Shown here: in pieces, positions 21,653-32,620 of the stretch
How positions within the stretch are numbered: the stretch's first letter is position 1
Layout of the letters: each line of letters opens with the position of its first letter
DNA from: Reclinomonas americana ATCC 50394
Taxonomy: Eukaryota
NCBI GenBank assembly: GCA_048213135.1
Contig: PS015243.1
Span: forward strand, 9,371 to 46,308
DNA: 36,938 nt
Direction of reading: 5' to 3'
Position numbers and translations under genes: made by a program
Notes under the pieces: generated by a model
Database searches by the model: none
The model's input: only the letters and a program-made list of their open reading frames with translations
What the model was told of the DNA's origin: nothing

Positions 21653-22381
21653 TCACGGCTCCTCCGTCGCCAACGGCACATACGCACCACCTCCACCTCC
21701 ACTCGCCACCCCCGTCGGCGTCTCTCCCTTTCTCCCCCCAATCACCCTCGACGCCGGCACACCACCACTGCTCCTCCTCCTCTTCTCCGCACTCGACGAT
21801 CCCACCGACCCATTACACAGCATGCACGCCACAAAACAGCATCCAAACAGCGCAAACAACACCGTAAAGAACACACCCATCAATCCAATCGCCGAGAGCA
21901 CATAGTACGCGCGCCCGGCATTGCCCGCACGCGGATCGTCCCAGAAAAACCTCAAGTTCTTCGTCTGGAAGATGAACGAGGCGAGATTCATCGCCCCCGC
22001 GCCCATCAACCCAAACAACGCCACCACCGCGAGCACAACGCCAAGCGCCACAAGCACTTTCCCGCGCACAGTGTCCGTCGAGGCAGTGAACGAGGCCGCG
22101 TAGCCTTGAATTCCCTCGGGAGGCGGCGCTTCCGTGTCATCGTCTTGCTGTCCGCAGCAAACGACCAGCGCAGCAACGCCCAACGCGAGCGCGGCAGTTC
22201 CCGCGCAAATGATGGTGGAGGCGAGGGAGAGGCGGACGGCGGATTGCACTTGAACGTTGCCCGAGTGATCGGCGGCGGAGTAGATGAGGAAGAGAGGGAC
22301 TTGGAGGCCGAGGAAGAAGCCGAGGTAGATGGTGATGATGATGGTGATGATGGAGAGGAAGAAGCAGCGGGGGGACACCAT
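21653..22381 (-). CDS. T2: unknown intronless 4-transmembrane protein, 242 aa
   Basis: MVSPRCFFLSIITIIITIYLGFFLGLQVPLFLIYSAADHSGNVQVQSAVRLSLAS...FQTKNLRFFWDDPRAGNAGRAYYVL...GAYVPLATEEP*, with four hydrophobic helices. The start was chosen as the ATG just before TM1. Confidence 0.8.
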   Translation of the reverse strand: MVSPRCFFLSIITIIITIYLGFFLGLQVPLFLIYSAADHSGNVQVQSAVRLSLASTIICAGTAALALGVAALVVCCGQQDDDTEAPPPEGIQGYAASFTASTDTVRGKVLVALGVVLAVVALFGLMGAGAMNLASFIFQTKNLRFFWDDPRAGNAGRAYYVLSAIGLMGVFFTVLFALFGCCFVACMLCNGSVGSSSAEKRRRSSGGVPASRVIGGRKGETPTGVASGGGGGAYVPLATEEP

Positions 22382-22860
22382 CTCTCCGTCCCAAAGTGTG
22401 TGTGTGTGTGTGAAAGGGTGCAAAGATATGTGCTCGCGGGTGGATTTCGCGAGCACGAAAGTGGGGAACTCATGTTGAGTTGGAAAGGGGAGGGAGAAAG
22501 TGGGAAAGTGCATGTGGAGAGGAGGTGGGGGAGAGGTGATGCGTGCAGGGCTGCTGGAGAGTGGATCATTGCACTTTTTGTGATTGCAATTTCGATATCG
22601 ATATCGACATACACTTGCTGCTGCTGTTGTGATTGCGTGCAACAACAACAACAACTTTACTAACCCAAACAGCAACACAGCTGCATGATGATCACCATCT
22701 TGAGTGAGCACCAGAAACTCAGACATACGAACGGAAAAAAAGCGAAGAAAAGTCGAAGATGGACTAATGACTAGCGCTTCGNNNNNNNNNNNNNNNNNNN
22801 NCGTCGTCGTCGTCGTCGTCTCGTCTCTCTTCTTCTTCTTCTTCTTCTTCTTCTTCTTCT

Positions 22861-22917
<57 letters not shown>

Positions 22918-23123
22918 GCTTGAGATGCAGCAACTCGTTTCCACCGTAGAACTACTGCTGTCCTCGCCGAAGCTGTCGCGTATTGTGCACTGAGGGTGGA
23001 TCATCCACGCGAGTCTTGCTTCTATTCTCGCAAGTTCTCTGTTCTCACTTTCACACTCGATCTCGCGCACTGAAGCAGCAACAAGGCGCACAAGAACACT
23101 CAGACACAACCCCTGCATTCATC

Positions 23124-25950
23124 TCACAGTTCCAGCGTAAACTGCCCACAAGCCTCTCGCAGCGCGCGCATCGTATCGAGAACCGCCTGCGAGGTCGGCC
23201 GGTCAGGGCGCATCGTCATGCATCGCATGCCGAGCTCAAACATCGGTTCGGCGATGCGTGGGGTCCACTCTGCTCCGCCGTCCACCAACTCCATCGGGCG
23301 CAGCGAGGCAGCACCAGAGCGATCCCATCTCACAGACCACCCGACCACTGTGGCGACGGGCTTGCCGGTGACCAGCTGCGCCAGCACGATGCCCATGCTG
23401 TACACGTCGTGCTCTGGATCTGGAATCCTCACACGCATCGCCATTGGGTCCATGTAGTCCAGGGTGCCGGCGGCGGTTGTTGTCTGCGAGATGAGAGAAG
23501 GTGAGAGGGCGAGGAAGGGAGAAAGCAGAACGAAAGCCAACAAACCTTGCCATCTGCAATCGACCGCGCAATGCCAAAGTCACCGAGACATGGCTCGATA
23601 CGGTGATCGAGAAGCACGTTGGAGGGCTTGATGTCGCGGTGCACCACATTGTTCTGCGAGGAGAGGTGAGTGAGATGAGGAAGAAAGCATAATACACAAC
23701 AGCGAAAACAAGAGAAACTGAGAGAGATTTGGAGAGACACGAACAGCACGAGAGCGGCAAGGAGAGAGGAGAGAAAAATGTCAAGACCAGAGAGCAACGG
23801 CTATTCAGAGAGAGAGAGAGAGAGCACGTAAAAGTGGGAGCGACAACAACAGCGAAAGAGTGACGAGGATAGAAGAGGAAGAGAGTGCAGCAACAGAGAG
23901 CTCGGGTGACAAAGAGAGGGTGAATGGGAGATGATAGATGATATCCACATCGCACAAACCTTGTGCAAGAACACCACGGCCTCGGCCAATCCGAGGCCAA
24001 TCTGCACGCGCTGCACGACAGAGAGTGGCACCCGACCAGCGCGTGGGATAAGCAATAGATCCTCAAGGTTGGGAACTCTGTGTGTTTTCACAGTGAGATG
24101 ATGATGGAAAAGAGGGGGAGAAAGAGATGAACACGCACTGCAAGGCCTTGTACACGAGACAGCGTGCCTTGTCATCGCCCACCGAGTAACCGACAAGAGG
24201 CACAATACGACGATCGCGCAGGCGTCCGAGAGTGGCCACCTTGTGAGATGGGGAAAAGGATGAGGAGAAAGAGGGAGAAGAAACAGGAGAATGGAGAGAG
24301 AGACACAGACCTCACTCTCAAACGACTCCATCGTCCACGGCGCATCGGGGTCGAGCACCTTGATGGCCACATGCATCTCGCGGAGGACAGTGATGAAGAC
24401 GGCACCCTGGCCACCCTCGCCAACCTTGAGACGGGAGGAGAATGAGTCGGTGGCGTGCACGATCTCGGGCCACTCGAAGCGCTGCACGACGGTGTCGACT
24501 GTGGCAAGGGTGATTGGGAAGTGAGAGATGGGTGAGAATGGAGGACATAAAACACTGACATCAAGAAAGAAAGAGGGCAAACAACAGACCTTGGGTGAGG
24601 AGGAGGTCCTGTCGCAGCTGGGAAACGAGTTGATCCTTTTCTTGCAGCTGCGCAGCGAGATCGTCCTTGTCACGCAGAGCTGCAGTCAGCTGAGCCTGTA
24701 GTTGGCCATGAGCTTGCTGCAATTGCGTGATTTGATGTTGTCCGTCAGCGTGAGCTCGTTGCCATTCACCGACCGCCTGCTGCAACTGGGCGTTCTTTTG
24801 TTGCTCCTCAACCTTGGCTTGCTCAAGCTCCGCGTTGATTCGCTGCAAATGGGCATTTTTCTGCTGTTCCTCGGCCTTCCCCTGTTCGAGCACTGCGTTG
24901 GCTTGCTGCAGCTGTGCGACAATGTCTTCGTGCTCTTGCCGCTGTCGGTCCCACTCCCGCTGCTGCTGCTCTCGCTCCTGTTGTGCTGCGGCAAGATCTC
25001 GCTGCAGTTGCGCAAGGAGTGCGTCCTTGTCGGCGAGCCGGCGTGCCATGGCGGGATCATCAACAGCGGTCTGCAATTTACAAGAGTGCGAGGGAGACAC
25101 GGAGCGGATGTGAGAAGTGAGTTTCACGAGCAACAAGAACCAGAGAGTGGCACTCTCCGTCTCACCTGGCGTGCTGGTGCTGCGTATTCGCCAGAAACGA
25201 CGCACAAGGACAAACACAGTTGGTGGAGCGTGAGCACGAACACAACTTGCCAACAGACATAATCGAGGTCATACCTGCAGGTGGCGGGGATCGCGGCTGT
25301 TGTTGTTGCAGCTGGCGTGGTGGTGCTGATTGTGCATCGAGGCGATCGAGTAATACGGCCACTTGGTGCTTGTCGTTGTCGCGCGCCCACTGAGCCGCTG
25401 TCTCGCCCCGCTTGTTGACCATGGGAATGAGGTCGGGGAAGCGAGTGGCGAAGAGTTGCACAATGGTTTCGTGCCCTATGGCGGCAGCCCAATGCAGTGC
25501 CGTGGACTGTGGATCGTAAGAATGGTCACTGGTGACCGCCCGCACCATCTCCGGCGGACATCGTCGCTCATCGGCAAGCAACCACTCCACCACTTGCAGA
25601 CGTCCATTGTAGGCAGCAATCATCAGTGGCGTCCAGCCATCGTCGTTGACCAGTTGTGCGAGTTGTGGCCCCACGCCACTCTCCTCCCACAAATACTCCA
25701 ACACAGAGAGATGGCCATTCCCTGCTGCAAAGAAAAATGCCGAACCACCACGAAACTCATCGATCTCCTCTCTCTTCAGCAGCGTTTGTGCGCCCTCATG
25801 CGCCACCAACTCGCGAAGTGCCTTCACATCGCCATCCCTCGCCATCTGCCATGCTTTCTGCAGACGAGCACTGCCACCAAAGAGGCAAAAGCAGAAGCGC
25901 GTGTGAGAGTGCGGGAGAATGCCATCTGACAACATCGCAGCACACCTCAT
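23124..25950 (-). CDS. Copy E: ankyrin / coiled-coil / IRAK-Pelle-like kinase (9 exons, apparently intact)
   Basis: Same exon structure and kinase motifs as copy D. ANK motifs are SAFFFAAGNGH, TPLMIAAYNGR and TALHWAAAIGH. Confidence 0.9.
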
Positions 25951-25984
25951 TTTCTTTGATCGAGACTGAAGGGGAAACGATAGC

Positions 25985-25986
<2 letters not shown>

Positions 25987-26074
<88 letters not shown>

Positions 26075-26173
26075 TCGTTCGTTCGTTCGTTCGTCGTCGT
26101 CGTCGTCGTCGTCGTCGGTACGTACGGTCGTCGTACGTCGTCGTCGTCGTCGTACGTCGTCGTACGTACGTAC
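25987..26173. repeat. (CT)n/(CGT)n microsatellite expansion upstream of copy E, abutting a small gap
   Basis: Directly visible CT run followed by cgt/cgtt/cgta repeats. Confidence 0.9.
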
Positions 26174-26287
26174 NNNNNNNNNNNNNNNNNNNNGTAGCCG
26201 ACTACTCGTACAACAACTACGCACGCACACCTACCACTTTTCTTTTTCGTTATCGTACGACGTAGTAAGGGGAAACGGAAGTAGACA

Positions 26288-26328
<41 letters not shown>

Positions 26329-28340
26329 CGCGCACTGGGGCGCACAGCGTTTTTGATCGCGTTTTTCCGTCGATGTCCTCTTGTATTAGCGGACAGGGGG
26401 GCACAGGCGACGTCGTCTCGTTGCTTCCTCACTGGCAGGAGAAAGTCGGAGAATGAGACTCTTCCTCCTGCACCTCCGCCACAAAACACTGCTCCTCAGC
26501 CTCTTCTGTATATAAAGCAAACACAGCAACGTCGATCGATATTGGCACATGTGACACTGTGACATGTACGCGTCGAGGCGACATGCACTGGAACTGGCAC
26601 GACTTCGGAAGAAAGACGGATGCTTACGAGGAACTGAACTGCTTGCTCGGAAGCGTGGCAAGTCGCAGACAGCAAACGTGAGTGACTTGTTTTTCGACGT
26701 CGACGACAAACAGCAACGCAGTTGCGTGTCTCTCTTCGACGATACACAGCGAGAGTCATGGAGAACCATGGAGACAAACGACTGTCACTCCAGAGTGTCC
26801 ACTGCTGTCTGTTTGCAAGGATTGTGGCAATGTGGCTCACGACACACTGTACGGTTTTGGAGAGTGCTGCTAGTGCACATTAACGCATTTGCATGACCGC
26901 CTCTTTGACAGCAGAGAGAGAGAGAGAGAGAAAGAGATCGAGGGAGGAATCGAAAGGAGGAAGAGGAGGTGGAAGGAGACCACGTGAATGTGCAGTGCAA
27001 TGGCGCAGTCAGGAAAGTCAACTCGAGTCAAGATCTGAGAAGAGATCGCGGACTTGGTCGTCCGCATCGCAAACTCTGCAGAGGCAGCACAGGGCAGGAG
27101 AGAGACCAAGCTAGCAGGAGAAAAGTGGGGGATGCGGACGAGTAAGACAGAAGGAAGGAGTGGGAGAGAGGAGGGAGACCGCAAGGTTTTCTCCGATATA
27201 GAAGGGCACGGGAAACCCAACATAATCTGCCAGCGCAAGGGCAAGTGCAGTCGAGGTAAATGGTTGCAGAGTGGGCAGGAAGGAGACACGAGCTTGCAGG
27301 AGAAGACGCGAGGACGTGAACGAGTGAGACAGAGAGAAGGAAACGGAAAAAAAGAAAGACAGAGAAATGAGCTGCGAGCGCAAAATCGATGTCACACAGC
27401 CAGACGCAATCGGCCCGGCTCGCGGCTCGAGCCCTCTTGTCAAGCACGCACACATCCATCGACCCTCGCTGCATTACTGATCTTCCCCCTCACCGTTCCC
27501 TTGCAAGCCTGCAGCTCGCAAACCTCATATTTCTCATTGTTTCAAATTCTCTCTTCGGGTTTTTCAGCCCTCTCTTCCACCAACTCTCTGCCTCGCCCTT
27601 TCTCCTCTCCCACGATCCCTATGGCACTCAACCGAACGCTCTTCCTCCTCTTTCCTCGCACTCCACAGCACTTCCGACTCAATTTCTCGTCATTCTTTCG
27701 ACGACTCACTCTCCGCTGCCTCAACTCAACAACGGCACGAGCAGAGCACGGCTTCCAGAAGAACGAGAGAGAGCACAGCTGTGAAAATGAGAGGAGAGCA
27801 CAAGAGAGGAGAGCAGATACCAAGAAAAACATGGAGACAACGAAACTGAAAGAATTGAGAGCAGTGGAGAGCACGAAGAAGCTCCTGTCTTTCCTTCTTC
27901 TCCCTTCTTCTCGCCTTATCGTCTCTACGCCACTCTGCTCCTCACGTTCACCATGCGCCATTCAGCTCTTCATTGCACCCATTTTTCTCTCTCCTCTTGC
28001 CTTTCTCCTCCCTTGCCCTCTCCTCCGCTTCCTCTCTTCGTCTCGTAGTCTCTCTCTCTCTCTCACCCTCCTTCCCTCTGTCTCCCTCTGTCCCTCCCAC
28101 TCCCTCCGCATCCTCCTCCCCTCTCTTGCCCATCCCTGCCTCGAACAGCACTCCTCCTGCTCTCTCTCTCACACACACTGTCTCTCTCTTTCTCTCTCTC
28201 TCTCCACTGTCCCACTCCCTCTCTCTCCCTCCCTCTCCTCCCTCCCCTCCCCACCCTTCCCCTCTCCCTCATCCCTTCCCCTTTCCTTCCCCCTTCCCCC
28301 TCGCCCACCTACTTACAAACAACCTCCCCATTCATTACAA

Positions 28341-28778
28341 TCACGGCTCCGCACTCGGCAACAACACATACCCCTTCCCCTCTATACCCTTCGCCACCCT
28401 AAACGGCGACCTCCTCGGCCTCCTCGCCACCTCCCCCTCACCCGGCCGACAACACACCACACAACACACCCAACACGTCACCAACACACCCACCACACAC
28501 ACCACCAGCACACCCACCACCCCAAACGCCGACACCACCACAAACGCCCTCCCCGCACTGCCCACTCGCGCGTCCTCCCAAAAGAACCGCATGTTCCTCG
28601 TCTGCAACACAAACGACACCAAGCTCATCGACGCCGCACCCAGCACGCCCACCACAACCGCCAACGCGAGCAGCAGGCCCACGCACGCAGCGACCTTGCC
28701 ACACATTGTCTCGCGACTGTCGGTGATGGCCTGTAAGCGCGTGGCCTCCTCGCTAAACTGCGCCTCCTCTTCGCTGCT
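28341..28778 (-). CDS. T3: unknown 4-TM family protein, C-terminal half (5' part in gap)
   Basis: ITDSRETMCGKVAACVGLLLALAVVVGVLGAASMSLVSFVLQTRNMRFFWEDARVGSAGRAFVVV...GYVLLPSAEP* aligns with T2. Confidence 0.75.
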   Translation of the reverse strand, partial: SSEEEAQFSEEATRLQAITDSRETMCGKVAACVGLLLALAVVVGVLGAASMSLVSFVLQTRNMRFFWEDARVGSAGRAFVVVSAFGVVGVLVVCVVGVLVTCWVCCVVCCRPGEGEVARRPRRSPFRVAKGIEGKGYVLLPSAEP

Positions 28779-29532
28779 NNNNNNNNNNNNNNNNNNNNNN
28801 NNNNNNNNNNNNNNNNNNNNNNNNNNNNNNNNNNNNNNNNNNNNNNNNNNNNNNNNNNNNNNNNNNNNNNNNNNNNNNNNNNNNNNNNNNNNNNNNNNNN
28901 NNNNNNNNNNNNNNNNNNNNNNNNNNNNNNNNNNNNNNNNNNNNNNNNNNNNNNNNNNNNNNNNNNNNNNNNNNNNNNNNNNNNNNNNNNNNNNNNNNNN
29001 NNNNNNNNNNNNNNNNNNNNNNNNNNNNNNNNNNNNNNNNNNNNNNNNNNNNNNNNNNNNNNNNNNNNNNNNNNNNNNNNNNNNNNNNNNNNNNNNNNNN
29101 NNNNNNNNNNNNNNNNNNNNNNNNNNNNNNNNNNNNNNNNNNNNNNNNNNNNNNNNNNNNNNNNNNNNNNNNNNNNNNNNNNNNNNNNNNNNNNNNNNNN
29201 NNNNNNNNNNNNNNNNNNNNNNNNNNNNNNNNNNNNNNNNNNNNNNNNNNNNNNNNNNNNNNNNNNNNNNNNNNNNNNNNNNNNNNNNNNNNNNNNNNNN
29301 NNNNNNNNNNNNNNNNNNNNNNNNNNNNNNNNNNNNNNNNNNNNNNNNNNNNNNNNNNNNNNNNNNNNNNNNNNNNNNNNNNNNNNNNNNNNNNNNNNNN
29401 NNNNNNNNNNNNNNNNNNNNNNNNNNNNAATCCATCACTGAGGAGAGAATGAGGCAGCGCATAGGAGAAGGTGGATTTCGCGAGCAATACAATGTCCGCT
29501 GTAATGCATTGTACTTTGTTTCCTTCTTGCAC

Positions 29533-29655
29533 CTTCGCGATGGAGAGGAGGAGAATGGCGGCGAAGAGGAGGGTGGAGGCGAGGGAGAGGCGCACGGCCG
29601 ATTGGACTTGAGCGTTTCCGGAGTGATTGGCGGTGGAGTAGATGAGAAAGAGGGG
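29533..29655 (-). pseudogene. Fragment of a further 4-TM family copy
   Basis: PLFLIYSTANHSGNAQVQSAVRLSLASTLLFAAILLLSIAK matches T2, but TM1 and the ATG are missing and there is an in-frame stop just upstream. It is followed by ggtggatttcgcgagca (~29470), which in T2 lies ~60 bp 5' of the ATG (~22439), so T3 probably starts separately in the gap. Confidence 0.6.
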
Positions 29656-29921
29656 AGGGCGAGATCTCTCAGAGGGGTATTGCTGAAAGACTCAGTCTTC
29701 TTCTTCTTCTTCTATTTGAGATGCAGCAACCGGGTTCCACCGTCGAACTACTGCTGTCCTCGCCAAAGCTGTCTCATATTGTGCACGACGTGAGGATTCG
29801 TCCACAAAACATGGATTCTGTTCTTGCAAGTTCTCTGTTCTCGATGTCACACTCGCACACTCCTTCGCAATGAAGCTGCAACAAGCCGCACAAATACACT
29901 TCGACACAGGCTGCATTCATC

Positions 29922-32620
29922 TCACAGTTCCAGTGTGAACTGCCCACACGCCTCACGCAGTGCACGCATCACATCGAGCACCTCCTGCGAAGTTGGCCGA
30001 TCAGGGCGCATGGTCATGCATCGCATGCCGAGCTCAAACATCGGTTCGGCAATGTGTGGCGTCCACTCTGCTCCTCTGTCCACCAGTTCCATCACGCGCA
30101 GCGAGGCAGGTGAGTCGTCCCACTCCACAGACCAATCCACCACCATGGCCACAGGCTTGCCGGTGACCAGCTGGACAAGCACAATGCCCACACTGTACAC
30201 GTCGTGCTTGGGTTGTGGACGGCGCACGCGCATCGCCATTGGGTCCATGTAGTCCAGCGTGCCGGCGGCGGTTGTTGTCTGCGAAGAAAGAAATGAGACA
30301 GTGAAGAAGAGAGAGGGAAAGACAAGCGAACAGACCTTGCCATCTGCAATCGACCGTGCGATGCCAAAGTCACCGAGACATGGCTCCAGTCGGTGATCGA
30401 GGAGCACGTTGGAGGGCTTGATGTCGCGGTGCACCACATTGTTCTGTGAGGGAGGTGAGTGAGGCGAGGAACAAAGCATAAAACACAACAGCGAGAAAGG
30501 AGAAAGTGAGAGAGACTTGGAGACACAAGGAGAGAGGAGAGAAAAGGGCAAGAATAGATAGCAAGGGGCTATTCAGAGAGAGAACACGTGAGATTGGGAG
30601 AGACAACAACAGCGAAAGAGTGACGAGAGAAGAGGAAGAGAATGCAGAACAGAGAGCTCGGGTGACGGAGAGGGTGAATGGGATGGAGGATGGTATCCAC
30701 ATCGCTCAAACCTTGTGCAAGAACACCACAGCCTCGGCAAGTCCGAGGCCAATCTGCACACGCTGCACGACAGAGAGTGGTGCACGGCCTGCGCGTGGCA
30801 GTAGCAATAGATCCTCCAGATTGGGAACTCTGTGTGCTCACTCAGTGAGAAGATGATGGTGGAGTGAGGGGGAAGGAGATGGAAACGCACTGCAGGGCCT
30901 TGTACACGAGACAGCGTGCCTTATCGTCGCCCACCGAGTAGCCGACAAGAGGCACAATGCGACGGTCACGCAGGCGTCCGAGGGTGGCCACCTGCGAGGA
31001 GAGAAGGATGAGAACGGAGATAAGAGAGAAGAAACAGGACAGAGACACCGACCTCGCTCTCGAACGACTCCACCGTCCACGGTGCATCGGGATCGAGCAA
31101 CTTGATGGCCACGTGCATCTCACGAAGCAGGGTAATGAACACGGCACCCTGACCACCCTCGCCGACCTTGAGGCGGGGAGAGAAAGAGTTGGTGGCGTGC
31201 ACGATCTCGGGCCACTCGAAGCGCTGCACCGAGGTGTCGACTGTGGATGAAAAAAGAGTGAGAATGAGTGAGAATGGGGGACTCAGACCACAGACCTTGG
31301 GTGAGAAGGAGATCCTGTCGCAACTGGGAGATAAGTTGATTGCTTTCTTGCAGCTGCGAGGTGAGGTCGTCCTTGTCGCGCAAAGCCGCAGCCAGCTGAG
31401 CCTGCAGTTGGCCGTGAGCTCGCTGCAATTCCGAGTTGGCTTGCTGAAGTTGGGCATTCTTCTGCTGCTCCTCAATCTTGGCTCGCTCAAGCTCCGCGTT
31501 GGTTCGTTGCAACTGGGCATTCTTCTGTTGCTCCTCAGCCTTGCCTCCTTCGAACTCTGCATTGGCTCGCTGCAGCTGAGCGACGATGTCCTCATGCTCT
31601 CGCCGCTGTCGATCCCACTCCCGCTGCTGCTGCTGCCGCTCTTGCTGTGCTGCGGCAAGATCGCGCTGGAGTTGCGCAAGGAGTGCGTCCTTGTCGGCGA
31701 GCTGGCGTGTAACGGTGGGATCATCAACAGCGGACTGCGATTTACGAGAGGGCGAGGGAGACACGGAACGGTTGTGAGAAGTGAGTTTCACGAGCAACAA
31801 GAAGCAGAAAGTGGCACTCTCCGTCTCACCTGGCGTGCTGGCACTGCATCATATTCGCCAGGAACGACACAGAAGGACAAACCACAGGTGGTGGAGCGTG
31901 AACACGAACACAACATGCCAACAGACAAAATAGAGGTCAATACCTGCAGGAGGTGGGGATCGCGGCTGCTGTTGTTGTTGTTGGCGTGGTGGTGCGGGTT
32001 GCACAGCGAGGCGGTCGAGCAACTCGGCAACTTGCTGCATGCCACAGTCGCGTGCCCATTGAGCCGCCGTCTTGCCCTTTTTGTTGACCATGGGAATGAG
32101 GTCGGGGAAGCGAGTGGCCAGGAGTCGCACAATGGGTTCGTGGCCCTTGAAGGCAGCCCAGTGCAGTGCAGTGGACTGCGGATCACCGGTACTGTCATTG
32201 GTGACCGCCCGCACCATCTCCGGCGGACATCGTCGCTCATCGGCAAGCAACCACTCCACCACTTGCAGATACCCACTCTCAGCAACCGTCATCAGTGGCG
32301 TCAAGCCATAGTCGCTGACCATTTGTGCGAGTTGTGGTCCGACACCACTCTCCTCCCACAAATACTCCAACACAGAGAGATGGCCTCTCCAAGCGGCATA
32401 GAAAAATGCCGAGCAGCCACCAGGACTCATCTCCTCTCTCTTCAGCAGACTGTGTGCGCCCTCACTCGCCACCAATTCGCGCAGTGCCTTCACATCGCCA
32501 TTCAGTCCCATCTCCCATGCTTTCTTACGAGGAGCACTGCCACCAAAGAGGCAAAAGCAGAAGCGCGAGTGAGAGCGAGAGAGAGAGAATGCCACCTGAC
32601 AACATCACAGCACACCTCAT
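29922..32620 (-). CDS. Copy F: ankyrin / coiled-coil / IRAK-Pelle-like kinase (9 exons, apparently intact)
   Basis: Same exon structure and kinase motifs as copy D. ANK motifs are SAFFYAAWRGH, TPLMTVAESGY and TALHWAAFKGH. Confidence 0.9.

Noticed and set aside
26560-27960. Possible small exons or a gene between E and T3 (e.g. minus-strand YVGFPVPFYIGENLA at ~27180-27226)
   Set aside because: The segments look exon-like, but I could not build a phase-consistent model or recognise any homology.
6859-32537. Diversity-generating retroelement or somatic hypermutation as the source of ANK variation
   Set aside because: No reverse transcriptase or template repeat is visible. Variable codons change at all four bases (e.g. 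tgg/gcc/tca/ggg at one site) and include indels, so the change is not adenine-specific.
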